A stretch of 64,000 nucleotides of DNA from Psammoneis japonica. Taxonomy: Eukaryota. This document shows positions 13,207-25,395 of this stretch, piece after piece. The notes under the pieces were generated by a model. It saw only the letters and a program-made list of their open reading frames with translations. It had not been told where the DNA came from and did not search any database. Within the stretch, counting starts at the first letter, position 1. Every line of letters starts with the position of its first letter. The stretch lies in NCBI GenBank assembly GCA_008632985.1, contig QPGO01000006.1:679138-743137 (forward strand), written 5' to 3'. A program made the translations under genes and the position numbers.

Positions 13207-16200
13207 CTCCCCAGTTTGCTTGAAGAGTCACAGAAACAGATTCAACTTCGGATTGAATGGAGTTCCAAAACATGAGGGGACGGAGAAGGTCCCAGATTTG
13301 GGAGCAACCCCAATGCTTGCTGAGAATGTCAGCAGGGTTGCGGGAGCCTTCGATGAAGTGGAGCTCAAGGTGGCCAGAGGCAATCGCCTCGCGCACACGA
13401 TGGAATGAGAGAGCGGTGTGTCGCTTGTGTAACTTGGAGTGCGGGATGGTGGCACTGTCCACAACCAACTTGTTGTCACCGAACATGCAACTGATGTCAC
13501 GGATCAGGACGCCAAGGTGACGCAGGGCAATGTGCAGGTCGACAATCTGCTCAACACAAGTCCTTGCGGCAACAAATTCAGACCCGAAGGTCGCAATCTC
13601 CATGGTGGCTTGCTTCTTAGAGAACCAATCAGCTGGGAATTTGTTGAGGAAGTGGAGCATTCCCATGACAGAGCATCCGGTGAGCATGCAATGATGCAAG
13701 TTTGCATCGACGCAGTGGGTGGCAGTGACAAACTTGCCAAGGGGTGGTGGAGCATCCTTCAGGATCATCTCCTCTGCGTCGCCTCACACGGAATGCATCC
13801 ATTCATGGGCCGGTGCAGGGAGATCCAAACAGTCGGACTCTTCCGTGCGAACGCGGAGAGCGCCGTGTCGCATCTTGGAAAGGCACCCACAGATGCATTT
13901 GGCACGATCCAAGTGGCCTTGACGGGGCGCAGCTCGGAAGCCAGACAGTGACATGATGGCCATGGCAATGTCAATTCGGCCAAGAGACACTGCCCATTGG
14001 AGGGAACCAACAAGAGACTGGAGCTGTTGAATGCCACTGGGCTCTGGCAGTTTGGAAGTGTCCAGTTCGGGGTGGTCACCCTTTTCCAGAGGGGACAGGA
14101 TGTTGGTGGCAGGTTTCTCCCCAAACAGTCATGTGTGGCTGTCGACCATGCATTCAATGCACTTGCACGGAGACAGACACAAGGTGCCATCAGGATCACG
14201 GGAGAAGTCGCAGCCCAGATGGAACTCAATCAGTCCCGCACCCTTGAGCTTGAACTTGCACTTTTCCGTGAGGGTGTCGACGAAAGATTGAGGATCCTTC
14301 ATGGCAATGGTGAGGTCATCCACACAAACGGCAGCACATTCGCAGTGGTCGCCGTTCCTGCACACCCAAATGTCGGGTTCGGCACGGCAGGGGAAGAAAC
14401 CTTCAGCTCGCAGGCAGTCGGCGAAGCGCTCGTGCCAGCGGAGACCGGAGCTGCGCAGTCCACACAGGGCCTTGTAGATGACAAGAATGTGGCCTTCAAG
14501 TTTGCCAAATTCGGGTCCAGCTGCAATGCACAGCTTCTCCTTGGTGGTGGCTTCAAGGCAGGCATTGCCAATGTTGGTGGCCCATGTCTCCAACTCGTTG
14601 AGTTCGGCCAGGAAAATCATCAGCCGAAGGCCACGAAGAGAGACTGCTCTGCAGTGATCACTGTCGATGGGTGCATCCGTGAGGTGTCCATCGGCTGCGA
14701 GTCGTGCCTTGTGGCGGCCGTCGTGTTTCACGTCGTGCACTGGGTGCACTCCGATCTTCTTGTGTCCTGCAGGAGGAGTGGAAGACTCGGAGGGCCCGCA
14801 GTCATGAAAGACTTCGTATTCATCGAGTTGGTCCATCTCAAGATTGGTTGCGTCTCCCCATTTGCGGTTGCCATTGCGTTCGTCTAGGGACATGGCGTGT
14901 TTGCAGTTCCGGGGAACTTTGCATCCGCACTTGTGGCAAGGTGCAGTGTGGAAGGAGCGAAGCTTGGCTTGGTTGGCCATGCGGAATGGCTTCTTCTGGC
15001 ACCTCGCGATGGTGCGGAACCGCTTCCAGCCATCAGTGTCGAGAAGTCCTTTCTCTCGTGCACAGATGGCGCAGGTGACAGGGTCGTCCTTGGCGATGAT
15101 GGCAAGAGGCTCGGACGTGATCTCCCCACTTTCCCATTCAAGCATGATGTTGTAGCTTGAGCCTTTCCAGGTTGGGTCATGAGGCTTCAGAGGTCCTTCG
15201 TGTGACACAATGCGTCGAAATTTCCAAACAGCAGTGTCTTCGTCTTCTTGCTCAATGTGATTCATGATGTCGTTGCAGGCCAGGACTTCCTTGCATTCGT
15301 CGTTGTTGACAGAGCAGACGAACTTGGTGAGCTCGGGGTTGCCGTTCACTTTCCATTCGTGATCCTTGACAGCCTTGATGATGCGAGCTCTGTGGCATTG
15401 TCCGTCCTCTTGTGGCTGCATGAGGAAGGTGTGTCCAATGATGTCTTGCGGATCGAAAACTGGCATCTTGGGTGTCCTGATCTGCCCATCAGGTGAATCG
15501 ACGGGGTTGTCGTCATGGTGAGATTTGATGATGGGTTCAGGTGGCTCCCCATCAGGAGGATCAAGATGCAGGTTTTGAACGGAAGGATCGGTGGCAGCGG
15601 ATCGTACGTTGGACCGGCAGAGGATCTTCTGAGTGTCGTCAGAAAGAATCTTAAAAGTCATCTGGTGGCCGACATGTTCCGCAATGCCAACAAAGCATCC
15701 AAGCAACTCATGGGATTCAGATGGCCAATCGGAGTCATCAAGGTGGAAGAACATGGGTTCCCACCAGTGAAAGCGAAGCAATGGGCTGATGTTCGGGGTG
15801 GAGCCAGTGAGGGTCTCGAGGGGCATGCGCCAGTGGAGACATGGGGACGCTGTGTGGTTGAGCATGAAGCAAACATGCATGAGCGCCAGCAGCCATGTGT
15901 GGGCAGGCGAACCGAAATGGTCCATGATGGTGTTCGCCATGCACTTCATGGTCTGGTGTCGGCATTCGGCAAAGTTTTGGTGTTGCTGGTGAGGCTCGCT
16001 TTGCCAGCTGGAGATGAAGAGGGCTCGTAGAATCCCGAGCACCTTGTTGCTGATCTCAACTTGAGCACGGTCGCTGATGAGTTTGGGTGGAGCACCGCGC
16101 TCACGGATCTGATCCTCGAGTGTGTTGACAAACTCTTTGTCGGTTTTGGTGCCGCAGACATCAGTGACGGTAGACTCGGTGCCAACAAACAGTTGGGCGC

Positions 16201-18832
16201 TGGTGCAACCAGAGTCGACGGCCGGGGTGTCGGCACAAATGGTGTCAGTGGCGACAGGCTCGTTGCGGCGGTGCACATTCAGGGCGGGGTTGGGCGATTT
16301 GCAGGCCTTCTTAAGGTGCGCACCAGCGGGCATGCGGGCGCATTGCGTGGTGCAGTCAAAAGTGCGACGGACCGCATCGGCAGGTGGGAAGCCAAAGCAA
16401 GGCCGAAGAGACTCGTGGGGGGGTCCTTGGGCTGCACAGTGCGCTCCGGGGGCGGAACGTCGTCATCCTTGGGGTCAATCGCGTGTAGATGACACTCGTA
16501 GAACACGTCGTCGTTCGGAATGAGATGATCATCGAGGGCGGACGCGTGATCGGCAGACAAGGAAGCGGACATGATGGCCTCGTTGACAACGACACGATGA
16601 CGGCAGTTGCCGCATTCGTCAAATGGGTTGGCAGTGGGATCGTCCTGCAGGTCTGAGATCGCGTCGTGCCACTGATCGTCATCAGTGACAGAGTGATCGA
16701 GGATGGAAGGGTCCCATGTGTCATCACCGGGCAAGGATGACATGTGGCAGGGTGTCCCATTCGTCGTCAGTGTGGGGCCGCATGGCAACACAAGGCAGGC
16801 CACCCTTGATGTCAATTGGGATGACATGGCCATCAGGAGTGGCGACACACTGCAAGCCGTTGGGCACCTTGACAGAGCGATCATTGACATCGTGTTTGCA
16901 CCATTCGAGCTGGCCACAGGAATGAATGGTCTTGCCCTTTCCCGTGTGTGCGCACTGATGGAGGATGGCGATGACGGGACCACGCTGTGTCTCAATGATG
17001 GCACCAGCAGTGACAATGGGGATGTCCACCAATTGATGGTCGTCAATGCCCTGAACGTCGACTTGGCGAGCGGTGTGTGCAATGACGTGAACGTCATCGC
17101 CAGCAATGCCGCCATTGGCTCCACGATCGACTGGAGCACCAGTGCGTGTGGAGCGATGAGCGGAGGCAGAGCAAATGACATTGTGGTCATCAACGCGGCG
17201 GCAAGTGCGGCCATTGAGTTCTGTGTCATCTGGAGGAGCAGGCGAGGTGGAGGGAGTGGCGGATGGGCCCGGTCGACTGGCTTTGGGGGCTTGGTTAGGA
17301 GACAACAGGCATTGCAGATCACCGGGTGGCAGTGGCTTGCGCTTGGTGAGATGTGCCAGAATGGGATTGTCTGAAGTGGCACCCACATTTGGAGTGGGAT
17401 CACCATAGTTAGCAAGAGTCATGTTGGGCAAGTTGACATCACCGTCACTCCCAAGTCGTTGGTCGTGAAGGTTCACCGCAACAGACTCATGCCAGTTGCC
17501 AGCTCGTGGGTTGCGAGGAGGCGGACGAGAATGCTCGAGGATGATCGCCTTGGAGGAATTGGGCAACGAATCCCAAATCCGTTGGTGGTCGGGAGGGAGA
17601 TGTTTCCATTGGTCGCCAGTGAGGCTGGGACCGCGGGCGCAGGCAGCGTCAGCCTGAAGGACGTCAATGTCGCTGTCGATGTCATGGAACACATCATCGG
17701 ATGGTTCCTCAGAGTGGACGTTTTGTGCGCACATGGCGCAGCGGGGAGCTCGAGGTGTCGTCTTGGGTTGAAACGTGCTGTCGCATTGAGCCGCCGCGGA
17801 GAGGAGCAAGCCACAACATTGATCGCATGTGAGGCTCTTGCCACTCTGTGTGCAATGTTGATCAGCTTGGTTCTTGACGGTGCGGAGTTCCTTGACAGGA
17901 TGCACGGCATTCTCGAGCATGATGCGCTTCTGTCCTTCAGAGAAGTGGTCACTGGCTGGGATGAGTGCCTTGCACCTGCGCAACTGATCCTGCCAATGAA
18001 GTGTGAACCCGTGGGTCGGACCTTTCCAAGTGCCATCACCAAGGCGTGCAGTGGTGAGGTGCGTGAGCAAGGTGGAGGACTCGACAGATGCACGGGTGGA
18101 GGTGAGTGCATGCTCAGACAAGGCACGGTGGACGGTCTGGGCATCAGAAGACCCCACATTTTCACGAATGAGGGCTTTGCCCTTGTTGGTGAGAAGGATG
18201 CGTTCGAAGACGGCGAACATGCACTTTTGCTGTTCAGCAAAGAGCAGTTTGTCTTCGGGGGTGGTTGGTTTGTGCGACGAGTCTAAAATGCACTCGACGT
18301 CTTGGGCACGGGCTTGTGCCACAAGTGAGGTGTGCCAAGTGTGCCACTGCTTGTCGGATTTGAGGGCCGTGAAAGCAGTGGGGTCACGCTTGATGCCTCG
18401 CTTGAAGTCTCGCACTGGGTCGCGTGCCTTGGTTGGGTTGGTGACATGCGGAGGTGCAAGAGGTGAGCTGCCGACAGACACAGAAGACATGCAGTCGGGG
18501 CTGAGGCGGCAGGCAAGGAACTCATCGTGTGTGAACAACGAGGAGTCATTGGCAACATCAAGCCCTTTGTGTGCTTTGACAATGTGCAGACCAACTAGAG
18601 CTGCTAACATGTTCACATGACCTCGGGGCAATGGGACCACATTGGTGCTGTTGTCACACTCAAGTGAGTCGATTTGGGAAGGTGTGAATGTGAACAGTTC
18701 TTGGCACGAGTCTGTGCCGTCATGGGTCAAAGCCAAACGGAGAGGGCTTCCAGCACCTTGGGCAAGCACAGTTCCAACAACATGCTCGAAACCATCAGTT
18801 TGTTGCTGACGAGTGAGAACCATGGCAGACAA
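13207..18832 (-). pseudogene. Degenerate gag-pol polyprotein (gag, protease, integrase, chromo-like segment, RT, RNase H)
   Basis: FKRGIKRD (gag), VDRGANGGIAG (PR), VATDT...SEPHQQHQNFAE (IN), DVKHDGRHKARL, KALCGL, AVCVDD (RT), DANL...ATFGSEF...NPADILSK (RH). Frameshifts and Tyr->Cys/His changes throughout. Confidence 0.93.
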
Positions 18833-19764
18833 AAGACGGCATCAGGACAAGCGATTTTGTCAGGACGCGGAGGCAGACTTGAAACTTGAGTGGAAATGGA
18901 CTTGGCTTGAAATGGACTTGACTTGAAATCTTCAACTGTCTTGAAATCAGAAGTTGCCAGGTTGTGCTGTCCCGTTCGTTGTCAAGTGCTAAACTTCCCA
19001 TCCGGTCTGTAGAGTTGTGCCGGCACGTCCGAACCCGCAGCCAGCGGCACTTGGGGTTGCTTGCGAGCGGAGTGGCGGGTTGTAAACCCCTGCAGGTGAG
19101 CTGACTGGAGGTGGACAAAACCCCCGAACCGTTCTTGTTTTATGTCGGTTGGATTTCCCGATCAGGCTGGCCAGTTGGCGCAGGCATCAGGCGCTGTGGA
19201 CGAACGAACAAATGTGGGAAAAACACCCTCGCCCCAACGCAGGCTGCAATCGCGGCTGCTTGCTCTCACAGTCATCCTCATGGACCCAGCAGAACTGCAG
19301 AGCACCAGCAGTCCGGGGCAGATCAGGTGCAATGGACTCGGTGTGCTTGTAGAGTGGTGGCAAAGCCGCAGTCCAAAGAGTGGGTTCAAGTTCTTGGCCG
19401 TGAAGACACACACACACATGTGTCTTCAGCGACAAAGATCTTGGAATGTGTGGGGTTCTTGACCGTTAACCGTTGAATGGGTGTGTCAAGGGATGAGGAT
19501 CAAGGACAGACTTGGACACAACCGTTGAATGTACGTCTTCAGCGACAAAAGGCAGTGTGATCAATCCAGACATCCAGCGGCAAGGAGACTTGACGGTGAC
19601 GTTAAATTCCTGCTGATGCCTGGTGTTGAATGCGCGCAGACTTGCCGATGTACGTAGAATGTGTGTGTGCAAAGGTCCATGCAGAATTGAAGTGGCATCG
19701 TCGGTAAATCAACGACGACGATGGCGGTTGCTCAATGGGTTGACAATGAGCAAGACTGTTAATC

Positions 19765-20042
19765 TGACAGAAATTGAAGGCAAATGGCAAGAATTCAAAC
19801 AATGACTCCTTGCTGCTGTCTAAACAGCAGATGAGTCTCCGCTCAGAGACCATTGCAGGAGCCGAAAGACGTGCAAGTTGGTGCAATCGGGCTGCTGTTG
19901 TTGTTCTTGTGAGCCGTGTGGCTCGAAAGCAAACTGCATCGCGCGCGCACGTGCGGAACTAAAGAGAACACAAAACTGTGCGCGGCAAACTAAACAGCGC
20001 GAGACATTTCGCGCGCACCCAAATCCTGTTCAAATCCTGTCA
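19765..20042 (-). repeat. 5' LTR (278 bp)
   Basis: Colinear with 12929-13206. On the minus strand it is followed by the candidate PBS gattaacagtc. Confidence 0.95.
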
Positions 20043-20254
20043 AACGCAGTGCATCACTCTGATGCTGCTGTTCTGTGGAACAACAATTTTCAGCAAATGA
20101 AGCTCCTCCCTGGCTTGTTTCTGCTCTGGGTCAACTGCAATGACACAATTTTTTCAAATCTGAAAATGGAGAAGCTTGTCACAAGTTTTTGTGGGCTGCT
20201 TGGCCCATTTTTTGTGGCGCCAAAGAGGCATCAAAACACAGCTGTCAGCATGCT

Positions 20255-20775
20255 GGCCATGGGCTGAAGAACAGAAGATGACCATGAGATGGGTCTTGTG
20301 TTTTGATGTTGTCATGTTGTCTCTCTTGGTGTCGAGAAAGGGCCCAAATCTCTCCGTCGTGCTCCCCAGCTGCTGCGAGTCTTTTGAGCCCTGCATGTGA
20401 CCCACACTTGACTCAAAAATTTTGGAAGAGCTGGCTGGACTTTGACCCCCACCAGAGCCACAAAAATGCACAAGATTTGGGCTTTCTCAGTCTCCCATTG
20501 TCCAAACCAGCATCTTGTGAAAGCGCAGTCTGCGAGTGCATTGTTCGTGGCATGGGGGGCATCTGACCCCCGCCCATCTGAGGGAGCCAACTTTTTGCTG
20601 AGCATCTTTGTCACATGAGAAGGCATGAGGGATGAATTTTAGTGACAGCTCTGCAACTAACGCGACCCTGTGCTTGCGACCCCAAAGTTGTTTTGGGAAC
20701 TTGGCACTGGCATGATGTCAGTCGGTTGATGTGTGCATTTTGTTGAAAACGGGGGGTTTGGTGAGTGCGGAACGG
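20255..20775 (+). repeat. Dispersed repeat, copy 1 (homologous to 52785-53215)
   Basis: Shared blocks such as atgggtcttgtg, ggtgtcgagaa, actttga-cccc-c-agagccacaaaa, aactaacgc, cttgcgac and gcatgatgt-agtcgg. Confidence 0.85.
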
Positions 20776-20968
20776 GGTTGGGCCTCATAGCAGCGTCGCC
20801 AAAACAGGAGCGTCGTCGGGCGGACAACCGCGCAGAAAAAAAATAAAGCGATAACACATCATAACACACAAGATAGACACGAGGCAAGGATGATGACACT
20901 TCCTTTCCCGCGCTACACCTGTTGTTGTCACTTCCCCGGAATGGACCAAGAGCTTGTCGTCATCTACA

Positions 20969-23382
20969 ATGGCAAGTGAGCCAAGTTCTTCTCGTTTTCC
21001 ACAGGGAACAAAGCGTAATTTTGATGCATTGATGGTCACTCCTTCACCTTCAAGAAGAACAAATCGTGATCATACATCGATCAAGAGAAGCAAACATTCC
21101 TCAGAAGTAGCACCCATTGTTGACAGTCTCATGACGCGTTTAGAATCCTCAAAAGAGTATGATGAGGTATCAAACAAGCAGCAGTTTCAGTCGGTGCCCG
21201 AGAATCAGATCCCATTAGAACAGAAAGAAACTCAAGGCATTCATGATCATACGTCAGACCCAGAAATCGAGGCAACCGCAAGAGTTTCCCTGGATTCCCT
21301 GGTGCACAAATCACTAGCTAATCACGATGATCGGAATCGTACATGTTCGAAAACTACGACCGCTAAAGTAGATTCCGTGGCACGTACACCGCTAGGCAGC
21401 CGAGAAGCCCACGAAAGAGGAGAAGCAAGAACAAATGAGCATATCAACAAACAATGTCAAAGCATTGAAACTGGACGAATGCTACTAAGTGCAGTCGATT
21501 CAATGTTGGGCAACAAAACTGATAATGTAGTTGTCAACGGCGATGGCTCTAATACTGATGACGACTCATTTGTTTCTGTCCCTGAAGAACAGATCACAGC
21601 ACAAGTGCCAAAAGCAAAAGCAACCGACACATATTCAACCAACAAGGAGCGCAAACTTCCACCAGTGTTTCGTCACTGTGCTGGTTGTACAGCCTTAGAA
21701 GTACCAGCAACGGTTTGGTGCTGCGAGTGTGCTCGCTGTCTCTGTTCTGACTGTGACAACCGTATGCACGACAACGACGCCCTTGATGCTCTAAGACGAC
21801 CCATGTGTTCCCATCGAGTGGAAATTATTGTAGATGGTGGCGGACTTCCGGTTCTCTCCCCCGTGTTGGAAATAGTGGTGCTTGCAGGGGCAATCGTTGC
21901 GTTCCGACCACTACTCTCGGGTGCAGGAACTATGCTCAATGTCGAATACTTTTTTGAGTCCGTATGCCCCATTGTTCAAAAGATTCGCCGTTTAGTTTTT
22001 CGGCTGGACCATGCTCTCTATCCAATTGTGAGAGGGACTCTTGGTTCATGGTGTGATACCGAAGATGCGTTTGTAAAAATATTTGTTGACGTGGTGAGTT
22101 TGACGATTGCATTGCACAACTTAAGATTGAATCAGCCTGTCAATGGACTTACAAGTTCTTTCCCTGCATTAATCTCTTCGTCATTAAGTGGGTGCGTGGT
22201 ATTCTGACCAGCACAGATTCTTTTGCGTTGCTTCTCATGAAGACACCTGCAACGATTGGGGCCATTTTTGTTGTTTTGGCACTTGCACCTTTACTTGCAA
22301 TCCCGTACGCGGTCGTGGCAACCGTCGTGCGTGTCCTGGAATTGATAATCTTTCGCAACTGGATAATAACGCGTATACTCGCCAAGTTGATTCGTTGCAT
22401 AAGCTTTCTTGTGTGGTTACCATGTCGAATTGCAGGCTGGCTGTGCAGGTCAACTGTGCTCGGTCTGGTCATGGACAATGATTATCGCCAGCATTTTCAT
22501 CGTCGCATGAAGATCCCTCCCAAGACGGGTCATCGGATACGACCAACCCCGTCGGATGGCCTCGAGGACATTTCCTTTGGAGCATTGACGCGCATCACAC
22601 GGATATTCTGGTACTTTCATCGAAAGGCTAGACGTGCGATTATTGGAGCGATTGTTACGGCCATATTTCTTGCAGTGACGGTTCGTGTTGTGCTTCTTAG
22701 CATGCCGCGGTGCGGAACTGGTATTTTGCCAAGCACGGTGCAGCAAGAGATGTGGACCATGCTTGCATCAGGGGAAGAGCAGGAGAACGAAGCGCCACCA
22801 CAATGCATGTCTGTTCATGCCGTAGTACGAAAACTTGCCGCAAGGATTGGGGTTGAGATGCCTGACTTTGATTCTTTAGGGGACGAAGGGTTTGTACTAG
22901 CACGTTTACAGGAAGCAACAGATGATGATTACATCGACTTGACCTTGCGGCATTTTTGCAGTGGGCTATTGAGGCGTTTTATGAGGCTGCCACTGTTCCT
23001 TAGAATAGGGGTGCTTGTGATCCTTTCCTGTTTAGTTTTCGCCGGTGTGCTTCGGCGCCTTGTATACTGGTCAGACCTGAAGCGCAGGTACAGGTATCGC
23101 CATATCCGAGATGCGGTTTTGAAGAGCACCGGTACGGACTTAAACGATGAATCGGACGGGAAATTGACTCGCAGCAGTAGAGACGAGGACGACAAGAACG
23201 ATGAGCAGCAAACAGACCACCAAGTTGCTCGCAACGACGGTCCAGTGCTCCCTAGAACAGCTTCTCTCCACCCACATTCGATTCCTCGACTCATGAAAGC
23301 AAAAATGAAAATGAAAAAAGCAAAGAAGAAGAAATCGAAAGACGTGCTGACTAGAATTGACTCTAGTGTGAGTAAGACTTGA
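20969..23382 (+). CDS. B-box-type zinc finger membrane protein, function unknown
   Basis: CAGC...VWCCECARCLCSDCDNRMH...H B-box pattern. Intron 22094-22188 (gtgagt...taag) joins ORFs 20954 and 22192 in frame. Several TM segments. Confidence 0.75.
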
Positions 23383-24378
23383 CCTTGTTTTCGAGCACAA
23401 CGCCACCGATGGAGTTTCTCAAATTATGGCCAACAAAGAAAAACTATGAGTGGCGTTGTTGGAAGAAAATTAGAGGGTTCTATCGTCAACCTTTGTCATG
23501 GAACTAAATTCTGACTTCACGATATCATGGTGAATTATACTGATGCGATAGCTAACAGGGGCGTGTTCCTGTTCGGGAAAATGTGGGTTCATCAACTCGC
23601 AGCGAACAGTTTGATCTTGTCAGAGATCTGTGTGGTGAATTCGTGTTCACATTCGTAACTCACGTCGTCAAGAAACGACAGTAGGACCCTAGGAGCTTCT
23701 CGTTAGCACGGCCATTTTATGGTGAGCACTATCGATGTAGTTGTACAGTTGCATTAACCCACAAAAAAATGCGACGTTTCGTGCAACGCCGTGGTCGAAC
23801 AACTACTATTCAATGGCGCCTATTCAGAGTCGTAACAAAATCGGCCTCCACGCCGACAACATCGACACCGAGCCAGTGCCACGCATTTGTCTAAAGTATA
23901 TGTTGATTTATGGGCCTTTGGATAGCAAGCGCTGAGTTCACCAAATTGGGCGACTTTCGCAACAAATATTGGCGGTGTATCTTGTTTTTGTCGTTTGTAG
24001 ACCAAGAATAAGTAACGGTAGTCAACCAATAAGTGCGCCCAAATGTAACACGTACACTCTTAGCATTCGAAAAAAGTCGCTTGGCTTTTCGAAATAAAGC
24101 AAAGGATTCTCTCCATGGGTTCATTTTTAATAGCAATTATTTGCAAGAACTCGTTGCACTGCTTCTTTGGATAGTCGCTCAGCTGTCGCAAGAGAAGGAG
24201 CTGGTGAATGAAAGGGGATGAGAATCATATCAACAAAGGCATCAAACTCGTCGAGGGAAACGAACCGAAGGAAGCATACAAAATGTCGTTCCCGGTATTC
24301 ATATCATTTTCAAATGGATTTGAATAGCATCCACTCGGGTTTTCATGGTTTGCAATGCGCACCATTGCGCCTAGTTTT

Positions 24379-25251
24379 CTATGGATCTGGCTCTAGAAGC
24401 AAGTGAGAAATTGCCAAAGCTCCAGTGTAGACCAAGGACACCATTGCCGCCGCACAAAGTTGATTCACAAAATGGAGATTCTTGGATTCTTCATAGGCAT
24501 ACAACAGTGCCGGTCCGAGCAAGGCTTCTCCTGGCAAGACATAGAGTGCCACGTGTCCCCACGTTTTTCGTACGGTTTGAGTGTTGCATTGCCAAATTTC
24601 AAGGGGGTAACAAAGCTGTTCCGCTAGACCAAAAACTACGACGGAAACGATAGCGGATCGAAGGTAATTACGCTGTGCTTGGCGACCTGGAGCAGCAGTT
24701 ATTGTCGTTCTGTCGTTGTTGCAGCACAAGTAGAGAATCCAAAGAAAGGGAATGGTCCACATTCCAGCCATGTACCAACTGATGGAACCTCCCACTTTCC
24801 AGGATGCCCAGTGTGACAATGACCAAGAGCTTTTATTTGGATGAAACGAGGGCGAGGAGGAGGATGGAAATACCAACGTGCCAAGTCGATGAGCCAGGAA
24901 CCAATCGGGAAAGATTTGAAACAGAGAGACCAGAGCAGCAAATTTCCAGTATGAATAGAGCCGCGTGTGTCCGATAGATTTTGTTAATAGAGCAAAGGCA
25001 ACGTTCCATCCCACAACCAAGGCGGAAATTTCTACATCGTTCTTCTGGCAAGGGTTGTCGCCATCGATGCTGTCTACGGATAGCGTCATGAGACATGGAA
25101 AGAGAGCTACGGCGGCTATCACAAAGAAGATAGTGTGAAATAAACAAACGAAAGAGCACTCATCCTTGGATGATGGCTCTTCTTCGGAGGATGGAGGAGA
25201 CTGCAGCTGATGCATCATTGAGCGTGGCTGGACCTTTTTCGAAGATAGCAT
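24379..25251 (-). CDS. Multi-pass membrane protein of unknown function (possibly DUF6989-like)
   Basis: 290-aa ORF with hydrophobic segments and FQIFPDWFL...LGTLVFP, YMAGMW motifs. The family name is from memory and was not searched. Confidence 0.7.
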   Translation of the reverse strand: MLSSKKVQPRSMMHQLQSPPSSEEEPSSKDECSFVCLFHTIFFVIAAVALFPCLMTLSVDSIDGDNPCQKNDVEISALVVGWNVAFALLTKSIGHTRLYSYWKFAALVSLFQIFPDWFLAHRLGTLVFPSSSSPSFHPNKSSWSLSHWASWKVGGSISWYMAGMWTIPFLWILYLCCNNDRTTITAAPGRQAQRNYLRSAIVSVVVFGLAEQLCYPLEIWQCNTQTVRKTWGHVALYVLPGEALLGPALLYAYEESKNLHFVNQLCAAAMVSLVYTGALAISHLLLEPDP

Positions 25252-25395
25252 GGGATCTGTTTATGATTTATGATAAGCTTATGCCATGAGGGTGGAGGGC
25301 GGCGAATTTGGAATTGGAAAATGTGGCGATGTCGGACCGCGGCATCCTTATTTTTATATGAAAACCTCCAGTCTTTAAATATATTTATATTCAAT

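Larger units (their letters stand above)
12929..20042 (-). mobile_element. Full-length Ty1/copia (CoDi-type) LTR retrotransposon, inactivated
   Basis: Two 278-bp LTRs with tgacag...ctgtca ends, 5-bp TSD aacgc (12924-12928, 20043-20047), PPT ggggag next to the 3' LTR, and gag-PR-IN-RT-RH domain order on the minus strand. Confidence 0.96.

Noticed and set aside
13207..18832. Alternative genetic code (Tyr reassigned) in the retrotransposons
   Set aside because: Tyr is replaced by either Cys or His, TpA is also lost across codon junctions and in non-coding LTR/UTR DNA, and host genes use Tyr normally.
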